Notes under the pieces: generated by a model | Told to the model about the DNA's origin: nothing | Seen by the model: only the letters and a program-made list of their open reading frames with translations | The model's database searches: none | Part shown: positions 13,855 through 27,308 of the stretch, in pieces | How positions within the stretch are numbered: the first letter of the stretch is position 1 | Layout of the letters: each line of letters starts with the position of its first letter | From: Eledone cirrhosa | Taxonomy: Eukaryota | Direction of reading: 5' to 3' | Assembly (NCBI GenBank): GCA_964016885.1 | Contig: OZ024741.1 | Location: forward strand, 137,702,001 to 137,766,000 | DNA length: 64,000 bases | Translations under genes and position numbers: made by a program

Positions 13855-14400
13855 ATGCTTTGGGAGGGTCATGTTGCCAATAAGAAACACACGCACCAGT
13901 TGCTTTCACTCCAATTTATTTTAAATTAAATTTATAAATTTAAGAATTTATAAATTTCCGGTTGGTTGGTTCCATAACCGGACGGTTGTTCATATATTGT
14001 CAAAGTTCTTTCGTCACACATTCTGTGACCTCTTCAGTGACTGGGGATTCTTTTCTTTATTTTGTGCCTCTCCTTTGTTCTGTCCTACGCCAACTTGTTT
14101 GTGTGTGTGTTGTGTGCTTAGTTTGCGCATGTGTTACATCCGGGTGTCTGTGTGTGTTTTTATTTGTATATTTATTTGTTTATTTACATGTTACTGGTTG
14201 GTTGTTTGTTCTATGTGTGTGTGTGTTTTCATTTTGTCCTTTATTGTAAGTTGTGATGTTATTCCATTCATGTTTTCTATTTAATTTTGGTTGTAGTTCA
14301 TTTATGTTTATTGCCTTTATGATTTGTCTAAACATTGCGTCTTTTCTGTGTAGATTCTATTTTTATTTCTATATTCTCTAATTTGCCCTTATAGGAATAT
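13849..14400 (-). mobile_element. PLE family B 3' end (GIY-YIG C-terminus, 3' UTR, pLTR)
   Basis: Minus strand near 14275-14331 encodes RQIIKAININELQPKLNRK. Ends catgaccctcccaaagcataacaa-(TA)n and contains an HHR. Confidence 0.7.
13999..14041 (-). ncRNA. Minimal type I hammerhead ribozyme (family B)
   Basis: gtca-CTGAAGA-g-gtcaca-gaatg-tgtgac-GAAA-gaac-TT-tgac. Confidence 0.75.
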
Positions 14401-14483
14401 TAGGGAACATAGAAATAAAAATAGAAATAAAAAGTATATGGAATGAATATACTAGGTTAACACTTGAAATAGCAGGAAGAGGG

Positions 14484-14519
14484 TCTCAACGTTTCGGACG
14501 CTATTCTTTCATCAGAAGA
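14484..14519 (-). ncRNA. Minimal hammerhead-like motif
   Basis: tctt-CTGATGA-aagaatagcgtcc-GAAA-cg-TT-gaga, with a weak stem II. A decayed homolog is at 22306-22341 (+). Confidence 0.5.
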
Positions 14520-14742
14520 AAGAATGAGAAATTAGATAGATTAAAGGGACGGGCGGGATAGAATTGGAAAAAAATGTCTTAAGATGAAAATAACAGGTCT
14601 ATTCATGTGGCCATCTCTTGGAATACTGTTGATGCTCGAGTTTTGTGTATGATATACTTTTTTCAGAAAAGTAGATGATGGAGCGCCTCTACCTGAAATG
14701 GAAAACAAACCGTTTTGTATAAAGAGCTATACTGTTATATGC

Positions 14743-14828
<86 letters not shown>

Positions 14829-14833
<5 letters not shown>

Positions 14834-14990
14834 CTTTCCCCGTATTTTAGACCAAAGAAATTTCTAGCCTGATAGTGGGGTTTCTAACCCTCGGAGAAAT
14901 GGAAAAAGATGAGTGTTGCCGTACATGGGAGTTATAAACCCCACTATCAGGCTAGAAATTTCTTTGGTCTAATATACGGTGAAAGCTTAT
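14829..14990. repeat. Fold-back (arms ~60 bp) adjoining (TA)n
   Basis: ataagctttccccgtattttagaccaaagaaatttctagcctgatagtggggttt, with its near reverse complement at ~14935-14990. Confidence 0.85.
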
Positions 14991-15064
14991 AATTTCTAAT
15001 TTCTAATTTCAAACTCGCGCACCGTTTCAAAAACATACTTACATGTTTACGTTTATAATTTGTT

Positions 15065-15149
<85 letters not shown>

Positions 15150-15278
15150 CTATCTATATGTATGTATATATATATATATATATATATATAAAGAAACATA
15201 TTTGTCTGCTTCTCGGTCTCTGTCTCTTTGTAAACACACTCATCTAGGCACAGGGACATACAAATTTAATTGGAGAAA

Positions 15279-15533
<255 letters not shown>

Positions 15534-16064
15534 TTATATATAAAATGTGCGTGTGCGTTTGATAGATCTGTGCTTATGTGTGTATGTGTATCTGGTTGTA
15601 TAGACGAATGAAAATGTAAATATGATGATACCTATATAATAAGTGTTAAAGAATGTCTACGTCTATAGCTATTGTATACATTCAAATATTTATTTATTAT
15701 GTCTGCAACCATATGTATAATCAACAAAGCAGTTGTGTTTCATTACTTTAGGAACGTGATTCATAAAAGGAATATTTCTCATATAAACAAAACAAAATCC
15801 ATGTATTCTTATTTTCAAAATAGTTGTTATATTTAGTCTAGAACTCTCTATAGTAAATCTTAACCGTTTCATGACCATATTTCCAATGCAATACTCTGTT
15901 TAAATGAAGAACTACGAGTTATTTATTTAGAATATAGTTTGTAAAAGGATTTACTTGGAAGTGTTTCATTTAAATAGGAACCATTAAAAGTGCCACAGAA
16001 ACATAACTAATCTTGGCTGGGTTTCCCCTTATTTTTGAGTAATATTTCAATCTCTTTTTCATAC

Positions 16065-16167
16065 TTATTGTTTGGTATTGACGAAGGGTTTGTGCCCATA
16101 GCCTTTGCTTATGCCCCGAGAATCATGAGATAATCGTTTTTAAGGTTTTTCTTGAAAGTTTTCTAGC
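16065..16167 (-). CDS. Candidate host exon with start codon (MGTNPSSIPNN...)
   Basis: Acceptor gtttgtttttttctgcag, donor aa|gtatga, ATG at 16099 in ggctATGG context, MGxxxS motif. No partner exon found. Confidence 0.3.
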
Positions 16168-16679
16168 CTGCAGAAAAAAACAAACATATATGAACAGGAA
16201 TACATTTACAGTACGATCAGTGTCTGAATGACTGGGCAAAGTTATTGGGTGGGTTTCGGTCAATGGATGAATATTTTGAGAGACAAATTACTAGAGAAGT
16301 TAAGAGAAGAGATGAGTGAATCGAACGTACTTGCTGGCTTGAAGGCAACTCTCGAGATAAAAACCTTCAGACATATAAAGGTCATTTTAGTGAGGCTATA
16401 ATGTGTGAGGAGGAGACACACCAGTGAATGTCAAACCGGAGTTTTATTTACATATATCAACATGGGGTTTGGAAATAACCTAGTCTCGTTACCCTTTTAT
16501 TTCTTACTGCGTGTAACTCCCGGTGGAATTGTAGGGGTGCCATATTGACATTCGGCATTTTTAGGGAATTTTTAAACATGGCGTAGCCCATCTTCTCTCC
16601 AGGTCTGAATACAGCACATTTCGTCCAGAGAAGGATAGAGAGTGAAAGAATGGGAGTGAGAAACTAAGATAGAGTAAAA

Positions 16680-16830
16680 ATCGATTTTAGTACTTGACTG
16701 GTACTATCAAACTCGAAAGGATGAAGGGCACAGTTGACCTCGGCAGGATTTGAAATCAGAGCAGAGCCGAAATGATTCCTGAAAAGAATTCTATCCGATG
16801 TTCTAGCGACATTTCCAATTTGCGGCCCCT
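16680..16830 (-). mobile_element. tRNA-SINE with Meta-like core
   Basis: Reverse complement of gagttcaaatcc..ccgaggtcaact..gcccttcatcctttcg..gtaccagt. Confidence 0.65.
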
Positions 16831-17234
16831 ATTTCTTTATCCCTCTATGAAATAAACTCAAAGCCTAGTGGATAAAAATTAGTAAAAACAGCAATTGAGA
16901 GATAGCACTGCGACGGACTGGGCGTGCCTATCACTACTAATCGCTAATCAGCAATGAAACTGGTATTAATAAGATATTTATGCTAATTAAAGGAAATAGA
17001 AACATTTGATGTACTTTTATGAAAAGTGTGTGAACACACGTTAAACATTTCTTTCAGAAGCTGAAAGAATTTCAATTTTCGTGAACCACATTTGTCTTTA
17101 TCACTAGAATATAATTTGCGCATTTCAAAACATTTGCAAATTTACGTTGTGAATGAGATGTGTATTTCACGATTAGTCTTTGATGATGTCATATATGACA
17201 GAACTAGGTAGCTACACCAACTTATTTTCATTAT

Positions 17235-17578
17235 TAAGCCCCTTTACGATGTGAGTTCAAATCCCGCCGAGGTTGACTTTGCCTTTCATCCTTACGGGGT
17301 CGATAAAATAAAGTACCAGTAATGCACTGGATAATTGCTGGCCTTGTGCCTAAAGTAGAAACAATTATTATGGTTTTAGTGGATTGGCAGTATCGGTAGA
17401 GAGTCGGACGCCATGCTTTGCAGCAAAGAGTTACGGCCCTTTATGATCTGAGTTCAAATCCCGCCGAGGTTAACTTTGCCTTTCATCCTTATGGGGTCGA
17501 TAAAACAAAGTACCAGTAATACCCTGGATTAATTGCTGGCCTTGTGCCAAAAGTAGAAACAATTATTATGGTTTTAGT
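17235..17578 (+). mobile_element. Two tandem tRNA-SINE copies (Meta-like core)
   Basis: gagttcaaatcccgccgaggtt.actttgcctttcatcctta.ggggtcgataaaa.aaagtaccagtaat...gctggccttgtgcc occurs twice. Confidence 0.8.
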
Positions 17579-17744
17579 TAAGTCAATTACATATTGCACA
17601 ATACACAAAGCGATTGATGTATATTTTACTTTCATATCTATACAAACAGTACAGTCTTTTCAAGCTGTGAAAATGTTTAAGTAAACAAACATTTATATAT
17701 ATATTTATATTTTAGTATCGTCCAATTGAGATAGGTTACACTAT

Positions 17745-17940
17745 GAGGTTCTTTCACGTATCGCAGTCTTGCATCGCGATCTTTAAGACACTGCTATGTA
17801 GTCCGTCTTCAATTATTTTCTTGGTGGTCAGATTCAAGCGACCGCCTGAATACATCGGATGACCATAACAGAACTCTCGCAGCAATTTCGCTGTGTGTCA
17901 CTACTTGTCCAGCAAGAGCTGGACGACGCTTTCTTAACAG
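17745..17940 (-). pseudogene. RTE-group LINE C-terminal fragment
   Basis: LLRKRRPALAGQVVTHSEIAARVLLWS...IEDGL...IAMQD matches the C-terminus of the 27.3-29.9 kb LINE (RRLRLAGHAHRH..VLLWEP). Confidence 0.6.
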
Positions 17941-18736
17941 CACTAATATATATGTAAATATGTAAATAATGGGTATATAAAGCCTTTAGTTGCGTACTTC
18001 TTGGAAGATTGTACCAGATGTAGACAGTTACTGAGCAGAATTTCAAGAAAGCTCGAAACTCAAGACAATCTGTTCATCTTGTATAGATAGGCCATGTTTA
18101 CATAAATATATAAAAACAAATGTGTGTTTCCATACACAATTCTCTTTGTATATATATATGGTTTTATAATATATACATACATATATACGCGTTGAATTCT
18201 TATTAACCTGCAGGCACGCACACACACACATATATATATGTATATATATGTATGAATGTATATATATATATATATATGAATGTATATATATATATATATA
18301 TACATGAACATTATTTCTAAAGTTATATTTAGGAAACATTTATTTTGTCACGTATGGTGAAAAAAATTTCCAGTATTAATAAAAACAAATGGAATAGCAT
18401 CTCGTTCTACTCACAAATACCTACACAACAAGACTATATTAAATTAATTCCGAATCTATAGCAAGAAGTGTTCGATGAAAATAAATAAAAAATATCTCCA
18501 ATAGATTATATAAAAATATAGACAAAAATACGGAAAATAAACTAAACAAAAACTGAAAACAAGCTGCTTAAACAATTTATATACAGGAAGAAAGAGATTA
18601 GCTGTATTTAAATGTCGGATAGAATCACATATATCTCCTGCTGTCCGGCTTAATATTAGGAAGTGTATGAAATAAATGCTGTATGTTGTTGTCATTCTCA
18701 CCGCAAATAATATCATCATCACCATCACTATCACCA

Positions 18737-18945
18737 TTCTTCTTCTTCTTCTTCTTCTTCTTCTTCTTCTTCTTCTTCTTCTTCTTCTTCTTCTTCTTCT
18801 TCTTCTTCTTCTTCTTCTTCTTCTTCTTCTTCTTCTTCTTCTTCTTCTTCTTCTTCTTCTTCTTCTTCTTCTTCTTCTTCTTCTTCTTCTTCTTCTTCTT
18901 CTTCTTCTTCTTCTTCTTCTTCTTCTTCTTCTTCTTCTTCTTCTT
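18737..18945. repeat. (TTC)n pure trinucleotide repeat, about 69 units
   Basis: Direct reading. Confidence 0.98.
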
Positions 18946-19057
18946 GCTAATGTACAAGTCTGTATTCAGTTTTAAATATATTTATATGCGTGTGTATAAT
19001 GTATGTGTGTATAATGTGTGTGTATAATGTATGGTCTGCATATAGGTATATATGTGT

Positions 19058-19092
<35 letters not shown>

Positions 19093-19814
19093 TCGTATAT
19101 ATCTTCATATACATAAGTCTATATGCAATTGTTGGTTCGAACACATTTAAATAGTATTTCTAACAAACGTAAATTATGTTGCTTCGTTTTCTGTTTCTTT
19201 TGCTTAGTTTTTAATTTTTATATTGTCATGATGTGCATTCGCCTTTCGGTTAATTCCACAGATCAATATATGCTATTAATCTAAGCATTAGGCATGCTTC
19301 TTGCGTGTTGAAAGCTTTATATTCATTTCCTCTCACCAACCATCGCCACCAGAAAACGTAGCCGTGCGTTACTCTAGGCTGTATATAAACGTTGAATGTA
19401 CAGTTAATCCCCAATTTACGATAGAGATGAAGCCACAAGTAAGTTGACAAAAGAAATAGTAAGATTCCTTTCGTATCCTTAACTGTCCTAATCTTCAGAT
19501 AATTGAAGATTTCAGGTTTGTTTGATAAAGATTTACAATGGCGTCGATTCTTCAACGATTCCAATGCGATTGTCATCTGACAGTCAATAAAAACATGGAG
19601 AAAAACCGAAGTGCAATCACGGTATGTGTGGCTAAAGGTCGGATGATGATCTCCTTCGTCTATTATATAGAATATACTTGTGCATACAATAATAATACAA
19701 ATGGCAAACAATCTCTACATTGTTTGTTAGTAAACTGAAACACACATACCGTTTGGCACATGAAGACGTAGTCACAAAGATACACAGATTCAACTTTGTA
19801 CCTCGCTCTCTAGC

Positions 19815-20320
<506 letters not shown>

Positions 20321-21167
20321 CACACACACATAGAGAAGGCAAGGAACAGTATTTTCATTAATAGGTAAAAATCACTTACACACATGTGTATATGGAAACA
20401 ACACGAACTAATAGATATATCACAGTAATGGAGAAAAGCTAATATTTCCTTAACTTTCTCACAATGTTCAATGCGAATCGAGGCGGGAATAGTATGTCTT
20501 TAGTTTCCTTTTTTTGTTTCAGAAATATGGCGTCTACATCTGATTTAAATAACAGATTGATACAATGTCTTTTGTGGGTCGATAGTCACGTTTCAACTAT
20601 CCTTTCTCCGCCAGGATAATAAGATATCGATTCGGAGTTCAAGGTTCATTAACGATCTCTTGTATTCTCTAACTCTTATTATGTTAGAATCGACAAAAAT
20701 AAATCCATCAGTATCATATTTGATAAATAATATTTTCGGATTTTGGCTAAACTGATCAAATACCATCATCTTTTTTAACTTCATTTACAATGAATGAAAT
20801 AAACAAAATTTAATATGCATGCAATATCATCAAAATATTTCATAATTATAATTTTCAGATTTTGGATAAAGTGCTTAAATATCACCAATTGCATTCAACT
20901 TTATTTTCAGGTTTAACGAACGAAACATTACAGGAAGTCTAATATATACAACCTATTAGTAAACTCTGTAATTACATAGCAGCTTTTGTGAGCTTTGTGC
21001 CTACGATTTAGAAGCGTTAAACGGAATGAACAGATTTGCTGAAATGTAGTGTCCATTCTTTAATAAAGTGATAACAGGATATTGTTTTATAGTTTTAGTC
21101 GAGATGAAGTAACAGCTCTCATGCCATTTACAAGCCCTTCGAGACTGGCGATATTGAAGTGCAATTT

Positions 21168-21389
21168 AGGAAAACAGCAAAATTATAATAATAATTGTTT
21201 CTATTTTTAGGCACAAGGCCAGCAATTACCCAGTATATTACTGGTACTTTATTTTATCGAACCAGTAAAATAAAGTACCAGTAATGTACTGGAGAATTGC
21301 TGGCCTTGTGCCTAAAAATAGAAACAATTATTATTATAATTTTGCTGTTTTCCTTTATATAGGAAAACAGCAAAATTATAATAATAATT
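21168..21389. repeat. Near-perfect palindrome built from a SINE 3' end plus flank, with a third copy of the outer 29 bp
   Basis: Arms 21168-~21256 and ~21267-21354. aggaaaacagcaaaattataataataatt is repeated at 21361. Confidence 0.85.
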
Positions 21390-21554
21390 CTTAGTTTTCA
21401 TCGTTCAGAACGCGATTATCAGATGACTTGCAATCATATTTAATACATATTAAATTATATATATTTACAGGCTCTTCTGTGAAGGAGTACGATTCGCAAC
21501 TGCATGACTCTGTATTCGGTCATGCTGTGTAGTTTTCGTTTATATATATTTGAG

Positions 21555-22205
21555 GAAAATGATAATAAAAAAAAATGGAGTCGAAAAGTGCACCTGGTAT
21601 ATATATATAAAAAAAGGGTCTTTGTAACATGTATAAACAAATTGATGTGAGCAAAGCTTGCTTTCTCCGACAAAGAATAACAGTTCATAGGCAGCAAATC
21701 AGAACCCCGTACACTAGAATGATCTCTCTAAGTAATCATAGAGAAGAATATGGAGGCAAAACGCTACCAATGTAGTTATGAAATAACAGAACATGGTCGA
21801 ATTAATAAAGGGAAAATGATTATCAGAAAATTCAAACCACGTTTTAACTCATTTGCGACATAATTTGTTTTCGACTCTAAAGTAAGGTAGATTTACGCCC
21901 CTTGCCACAGATTAAAAAACAATTTTTTACACGCAAGCGACAACGAAAAAATCAGTTGTATCTTTAGCAAGGATAGAAGTGTCCCAAACCAATGTCTAAA
22001 ATGCATGCATGACCCTTAACGAAAAAAAAAACAATTTAACCTAATAACAAATGATTTGAAGATCCAAAACGGAGAAAGCAAGCTTAGCTAACATCGATTT
22101 TTTTACATGTTATCAATATTTTTTCACATGTTATAAAGATCATTTTACATATATACCAGGTGCACTTTTCGAGCCCCTTTTTTTCTTTTTTATTGTCATA
22201 TTTCT
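21555..22205. repeat. Spaced, diverged inverted repeat (arms ~115-135 bp)
   Basis: tcgaaaagtgcacctggtatata / tatataccaggtgcacttttcga and aagcttgctttctccg / cggagaaagcaagctt. Confidence 0.75.
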
Positions 22206-22465
22206 TATATAACATGATCTCATATAACGTTTTCTTACGTCCACGCTTTTTTATACTCTGCCCGTCTCCTCAATCTTTCTACATCTTCTTTAAATTCTCA
22301 TTCTTTCTTCTGATGAAAGACTAGCGTCCTAAACATTAAGACTACTATATCAATGTGTAAGGAATACAGGCAATGCTAATAAACAGAAAATGAAGGAGTA
22401 AGAAAAGAGAGATATAAGGTTCTCTAAGTGGGATTATATATTCTATTGAAGAAGGAAGAAGAAAG

Positions 22466-22840
22466 GCGATGAGGACAATTTATTAGTAGTTCGTTTCTAA
22501 TATTCGTGGGGTTAGGTGTCGACATTGTGATATAGTACGCCTCCGACAAACATGAATGACATGATTTTTTTATTACCATTGTATGGGTTAGATCTACCTA
22601 GAATTTTCCAATGGTTTTAGTCCCGATAGGCTATATACCGTGCTAAAGAAGTAGTGTGCTTCAGCTTATTAATTTTAAATGAAATTAAGTGGGAATTACA
22701 CCTGGTCTTAAAGTGATTAGATGTGGTACCGACATATGAACTACTATAGTGCTGGGTTTTACCGTACATTTATATACTACATTGCTGGTTAGGCATAAAC
22801 CGCCAAGTGGACTTTTTAAAATATTCCTACAGTTACAGTT
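22466..22840 (-). pseudogene. Hydra-clade-like PLE GIY-YIG endonuclease remnant (absent from the ORF track)
   Basis: Manual translation across frameshifts: NCNCRNILKSPLGGLCLTSNVVYKCTV / YVGTTSNHFKTRCNSHLISFK..TTSLARYI / WKILGRSNPY / CHSCLSE / NIRNELLINCPHR. Colinear with the C-terminus of ORF 35688-37553. Confidence 0.85.
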
Positions 22841-23003
22841 TATATTGGATAAAATGGTGGTATCAACTGGAGAGTTTAATGTGTTAACCTTAGTATCCCT
22901 AGATATGATCAGCTTCCTTGTATTCGAAGTATTAGTAAGTGAATATAAACAGACCTCGGGACGACTGTCAACAGTTTAGATGTATCTTTGCACATTTAAG
23001 CTC

Positions 23004-23092
23004 GCATATCTGACGAGATGTCGAAAAAGACACGAGCATCTTCACCTTGACTGTACCCTGAGCTGATCGATATCGAAACAGTTGACATGTGC
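23004..23092 (+). ncRNA. Hammerhead ribozyme with large loop II insertion (probable inverted pLTR of the adjacent PLE)
   Basis: gcatat-CTGACGA-gatgtcga-(42 nt)-tcgatatc-GAAA-cagttg-AC-atgtgc. U16.1 is replaced by A, so it is probably inactive. Confidence 0.75.
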
Positions 23093-23265
23093 AAATAAAG
23101 TTTGTACATATGCTGCATCGCTGACTTCGACTCTTTTAAATATATTTACTCTCTACACTCTACAGCCATCACGCCGCAGTACAACGCAAGCGATACGAAC
23201 CTCGCAACAGCATCGAGTGCTTCGAACGGCGCGCCGATGCATCTGTTGTTACACACTGAACTACC

Positions 23266-23314
<49 letters not shown>

Positions 23315-23394
23315 GGTATTAAAGGCAAATTAATTGCGTACTTAGCTGGTATGCCGAATTGAACACTCAATGCTCGTGGGGAGCAGAGTATAAA

Positions 23395-23560
23395 TAATTG
23401 TTTCTACTTTTGGCACAAGGCCACCAATTATCCCAGTGTATTACTGATACTTTATTTTATCGACCAACTAAAGGATGAAAGGTCAAGTTAACCTTGGCGG
23501 TAATTGAACTCATGCAAAGCATGATGTCCGACCTTCTCCCGATACTGAATAATATATAAG
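23395..23560 (-). mobile_element. tRNA-SINE with Meta-like core
   Basis: ggcacaaggcc...tactgatacttttattttatcgacc...aaggatgaaagg...ttgaactc. Confidence 0.7.
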
Positions 23561-24104
23561 GGAACAAAGAATCAGTTTTGCATCATAAATATTTAATAAC
23601 ATATTACATATGTTTCCCTCTCGATCAGCTCGAGGAATGATTGATTAATGATCGATCCTGACTCTGGAATCAGAAGCTCCTCAGATATGTGTTAACATGT
23701 AGACTTGCGTCTAAGAGTGGTTGGATATTTATCACGATTCCTTATCTTATGCTGCCAAACACTCTGTTAAAGGAATGTGTCAACAGCGTATTCATAGTGT
23801 TAAGTTGTATCCGGTCAAATTTCTGTGCAGAGCGGCCTAGAACTCAACAGCTATTACTGCTATTTGGTTGGCAAGGCGGTGTGTACTTTCTTTCGCGGTG
23901 GCCAGTCTACCGGAAGTCTGCTGTTACAGTCTTTGACAAAGGGAATAAAGCAATACAAAAATACTAAAAAAGTACAAAGAAAAGTCAAGGGGAGCTTCTT
24001 AATTAGTTCATAGATTTACGATTATAGTTTAACGATCAGTTCCGACTCTAAAACTCTAAAATCGATAGATCATCAGACTTATGGATTCCATAATTGGACC
24101 AAAA

Positions 24105-24182
<78 letters not shown>

Positions 24183-24193
24183 TTATACATATA

Positions 24194-24283
<90 letters not shown>

Positions 24284-24287
24284 CAAA

Positions 24288-24321
<34 letters not shown>

Positions 24322-24410
24322 AATATATATATATAAATATATATATTTATATATATATATATAAATATATATATACATATACATATATATATGCATATAT
24401 ATAAATATAT

Positions 24411-24477
<67 letters not shown>

Positions 24478-24500
24478 CATATATATAAATATATATATTT

Positions 24501-24539
<39 letters not shown>

Positions 24540-24658
24540 AATATGTATATATATAAAATTAAATATATATATATATATATACGTTATTCCGGGTTGAATC
24601 GGAGGTAACCACAGTAAGTGAGGTACTCAATACATTGCAGAGTATAAAAGAGTATAAA

Positions 24659-24771
24659 AGTTTTAATATAGATGAGATTCTACAGGACTAGAACTGTTTC
24701 ATTCTTTAGAAATCATCAGGATTTCTAAAGAATGAAACAGTTCTAGTCCTGTAGAATCTCATCTATATTAA

Positions 24772-24775
<4 letters not shown>
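24659..24775. repeat. Perfect 56 bp-arm hairpin whose apex lies in an HHR core
   Basis: Arms 24659-24714 / 24720-24775, loop atcag. Minus strand reads CTGATGA-t-ttc-taaa-gaa-t-GAAA-cagttc-TA-gtcc. Confidence 0.85.
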
Positions 24776-24850
<75 letters not shown>

Positions 24851-24886
24851 CATAAATATATACATATATATACGAATATATAATTG

Positions 24887-24919
<33 letters not shown>

Positions 24920-24920
24920 T

Positions 24921-24965
<45 letters not shown>

Positions 24966-25045
24966 TTTTTTAAATATATATATATATATAAAGAAGGAAA
25001 TGTGGTAAGGAACCAGATGGACCATATATATATATACATATATAT

Positions 25046-25134
<89 letters not shown>

Positions 25135-25147
25135 TATATATATATAA

Positions 25148-25489
25148 ATACGATATTAAACAAATGGAAACTATATTTATAAAACCTATTTATTTCATTA
25201 TACATATTTCGGGGATACCATATTAAAAATATGGCATGCCTTCTTCAGATAAAATACAATATATAAGCAGTTTTATAAATAATTTTGACGTACCATGACG
25301 TACCAAACCAACTTCTTACATGAAAGTTGATCAATATTTATGGTACGTCAAAATTATTTATAAAACTGCTTATATATTGTATTTTATCTGAAGAAGGCAT
25401 GCCATATTTTTAATATGGTATCCCCGAAATATGTATAATGAAATAAATATGGTTTTATAAATATAGTTTCCATTTGTTTAATATCGTAT
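25148..25489. repeat. Fold-back element (arms ~150 bp) carrying an HHR in each arm
   Basis: Arms 25148-25296 / 25340-25489, between TA arrays. Confidence 0.9.
25381..25444 (+). ncRNA. Type I hammerhead ribozyme (mirror copy at 25192-25255, minus strand)
   Basis: attttat-CTGAAGA-aggcatgccatatt-ttt-aatatggtatcccc-GAAA-tatgta-TA-atgaaat. Stem I 7 bp, long stem II. Confidence 0.75.
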
Positions 25490-25572
25490 ATCTACTCCAA
25501 AACTTGTTGAGTGCTTTATATCAGATATAAAATATTTACTTGTTGTAAGCCAACAATTTTAAATAAAACTTT

Positions 25573-25790
<218 letters not shown>

Positions 25791-25794
25791 ACGG

Positions 25795-26550
25795 CGATGG
25801 ATTACTTTTGCGAGGTTATTGATATGAAATCGTGTGTCGAAACAAATATTGTTATACTTGTTTATTTATTTATTTTTTTATTTATTTATTATTATTTTTT
25901 TTTGTCTTCTCTGCGCATGCGTTTGCGTGTGTGTATAATATTTGATGTGTATTCGTGTTTGGGTGACTGTGTATTGGTTATTGTATTCTATCTTAGTTTA
26001 CTAGTGTGTGTTTATATGTGTTTGTTGTTATTGTGGTTGTGTATGTATTTATTTATTTATTTATACTTCTCTTAGGTCAGTATTGTTTGTTTGGGTGTTG
26101 TTATTCCATTCATTTTTTTCTGTTTAGCCTTGGCCTTCTAAGTTCTATTTCTCTGGCCTCTCTGATTTGCCTACCTGCTGGGTCATTTCTATGTTTAGAT
26201 ATTATTCTAATTTCTATGTTGTCTATGTTACCATCGTGTTGTTGTCTAAATAAATAAACAGACTGAATAAAGATGGCGTAGGCATACAATACAACGGGAG
26301 GAAACATAATAGCACCACTGACGTTGTTGCAGATATGCAACGAAAGAACTTTGTTAGACTATATATATGTGTTTGTGTCTATATTATACCTGTATTTTTG
26401 ACCGTTTGTCAGTCAATGGTAACATTCAGGACCGAATAAATTAAATTAACCGATATAAAAGACACAGAAGTGAAAACCAACCAAACAGTGAGTGTGTTCT
26501 GTTATCAATTCTGGCAATATTATTACACAAATATGACCCTCCCCAAGTAT
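25795..26550 (-). mobile_element. PLE family B-related 3' fragment with inverted pLTR
   Basis: ORF 26110-26340 ends IEIRIISKHRNDPAGRQIREAREIELRRPRLNRKK (GIY-YIG C-terminus). The plus-strand pLTR has an HHR-like motif ca-CTGACGT-t-gttgca-gata-tgcaac-GAAA-gaac-TT-tg (26316-26353) and ends atgaccctccccaagtata. Confidence 0.7.
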
Positions 26551-26892
26551 ACATACTTATATTTAAGTATCAGCTGTACTAAGAGTGAGAATTCATTCTG
26601 TTCCACTTTTTAAATTTGTTTTGCAAGAATTCATATTTGAAAACGTGTGTGGAAACAGATATTGTTATACTTTGGGAGGGTCATGCTGCCAATAAAAACA
26701 CACGCACCTGTTGGTTTTCACTTCAAGTTATTACAAATTTCCAGTTGGTTGATTCGATAACCGGATGATTGTTTACATATTGTCAAAGGAGATAAACAAA
26801 ATAAAAATCTAGTTCTCTGAGGAGGTCACAGAATTATTACGAAAGTCCGTGCGTGTGTTTTTAAAGGCAGCATGACCCTCCCAAAATAAAAC

Positions 26893-26895
<3 letters not shown>
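26546..26895 (+). repeat. Composite A/B block, an inverted duplicate of 30484-30832
   Basis: Diverged reverse-complement match that includes the A-B junction and a decayed HHR CTGAGGA-ggtcacagaattattac-GAAA. Confidence 0.8.
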
Positions 26896-26944
<49 letters not shown>

Positions 26945-27070
26945 ACGAAGGAAATGTGGTAAGGAACAAGGTGGACCATAACGCACCAAAGTACTCAATA
27001 CTTGAGGTAGTAGAGTGGGTAATAGGTATATATGTATATATATGTTTATGTATTAATATATATATATTTA

Positions 27071-27140
<70 letters not shown>

Positions 27141-27157
27141 CATATATATATATATAC

Positions 27158-27205
<48 letters not shown>

Positions 27206-27308
27206 AAAATTAAATATATATATATATATATATAAAATTAAACATAAATATATACAAATATATATATAAAATTAAATATATATATATATATATATAAAAT
27301 TAAATATA

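Noticed and set aside
14905-14990. Possible large-loop HHR (aagatga...gccgta...tacggt-GAAA-gctt)
   Set aside because: The core lacks CTG and there is no stem I.
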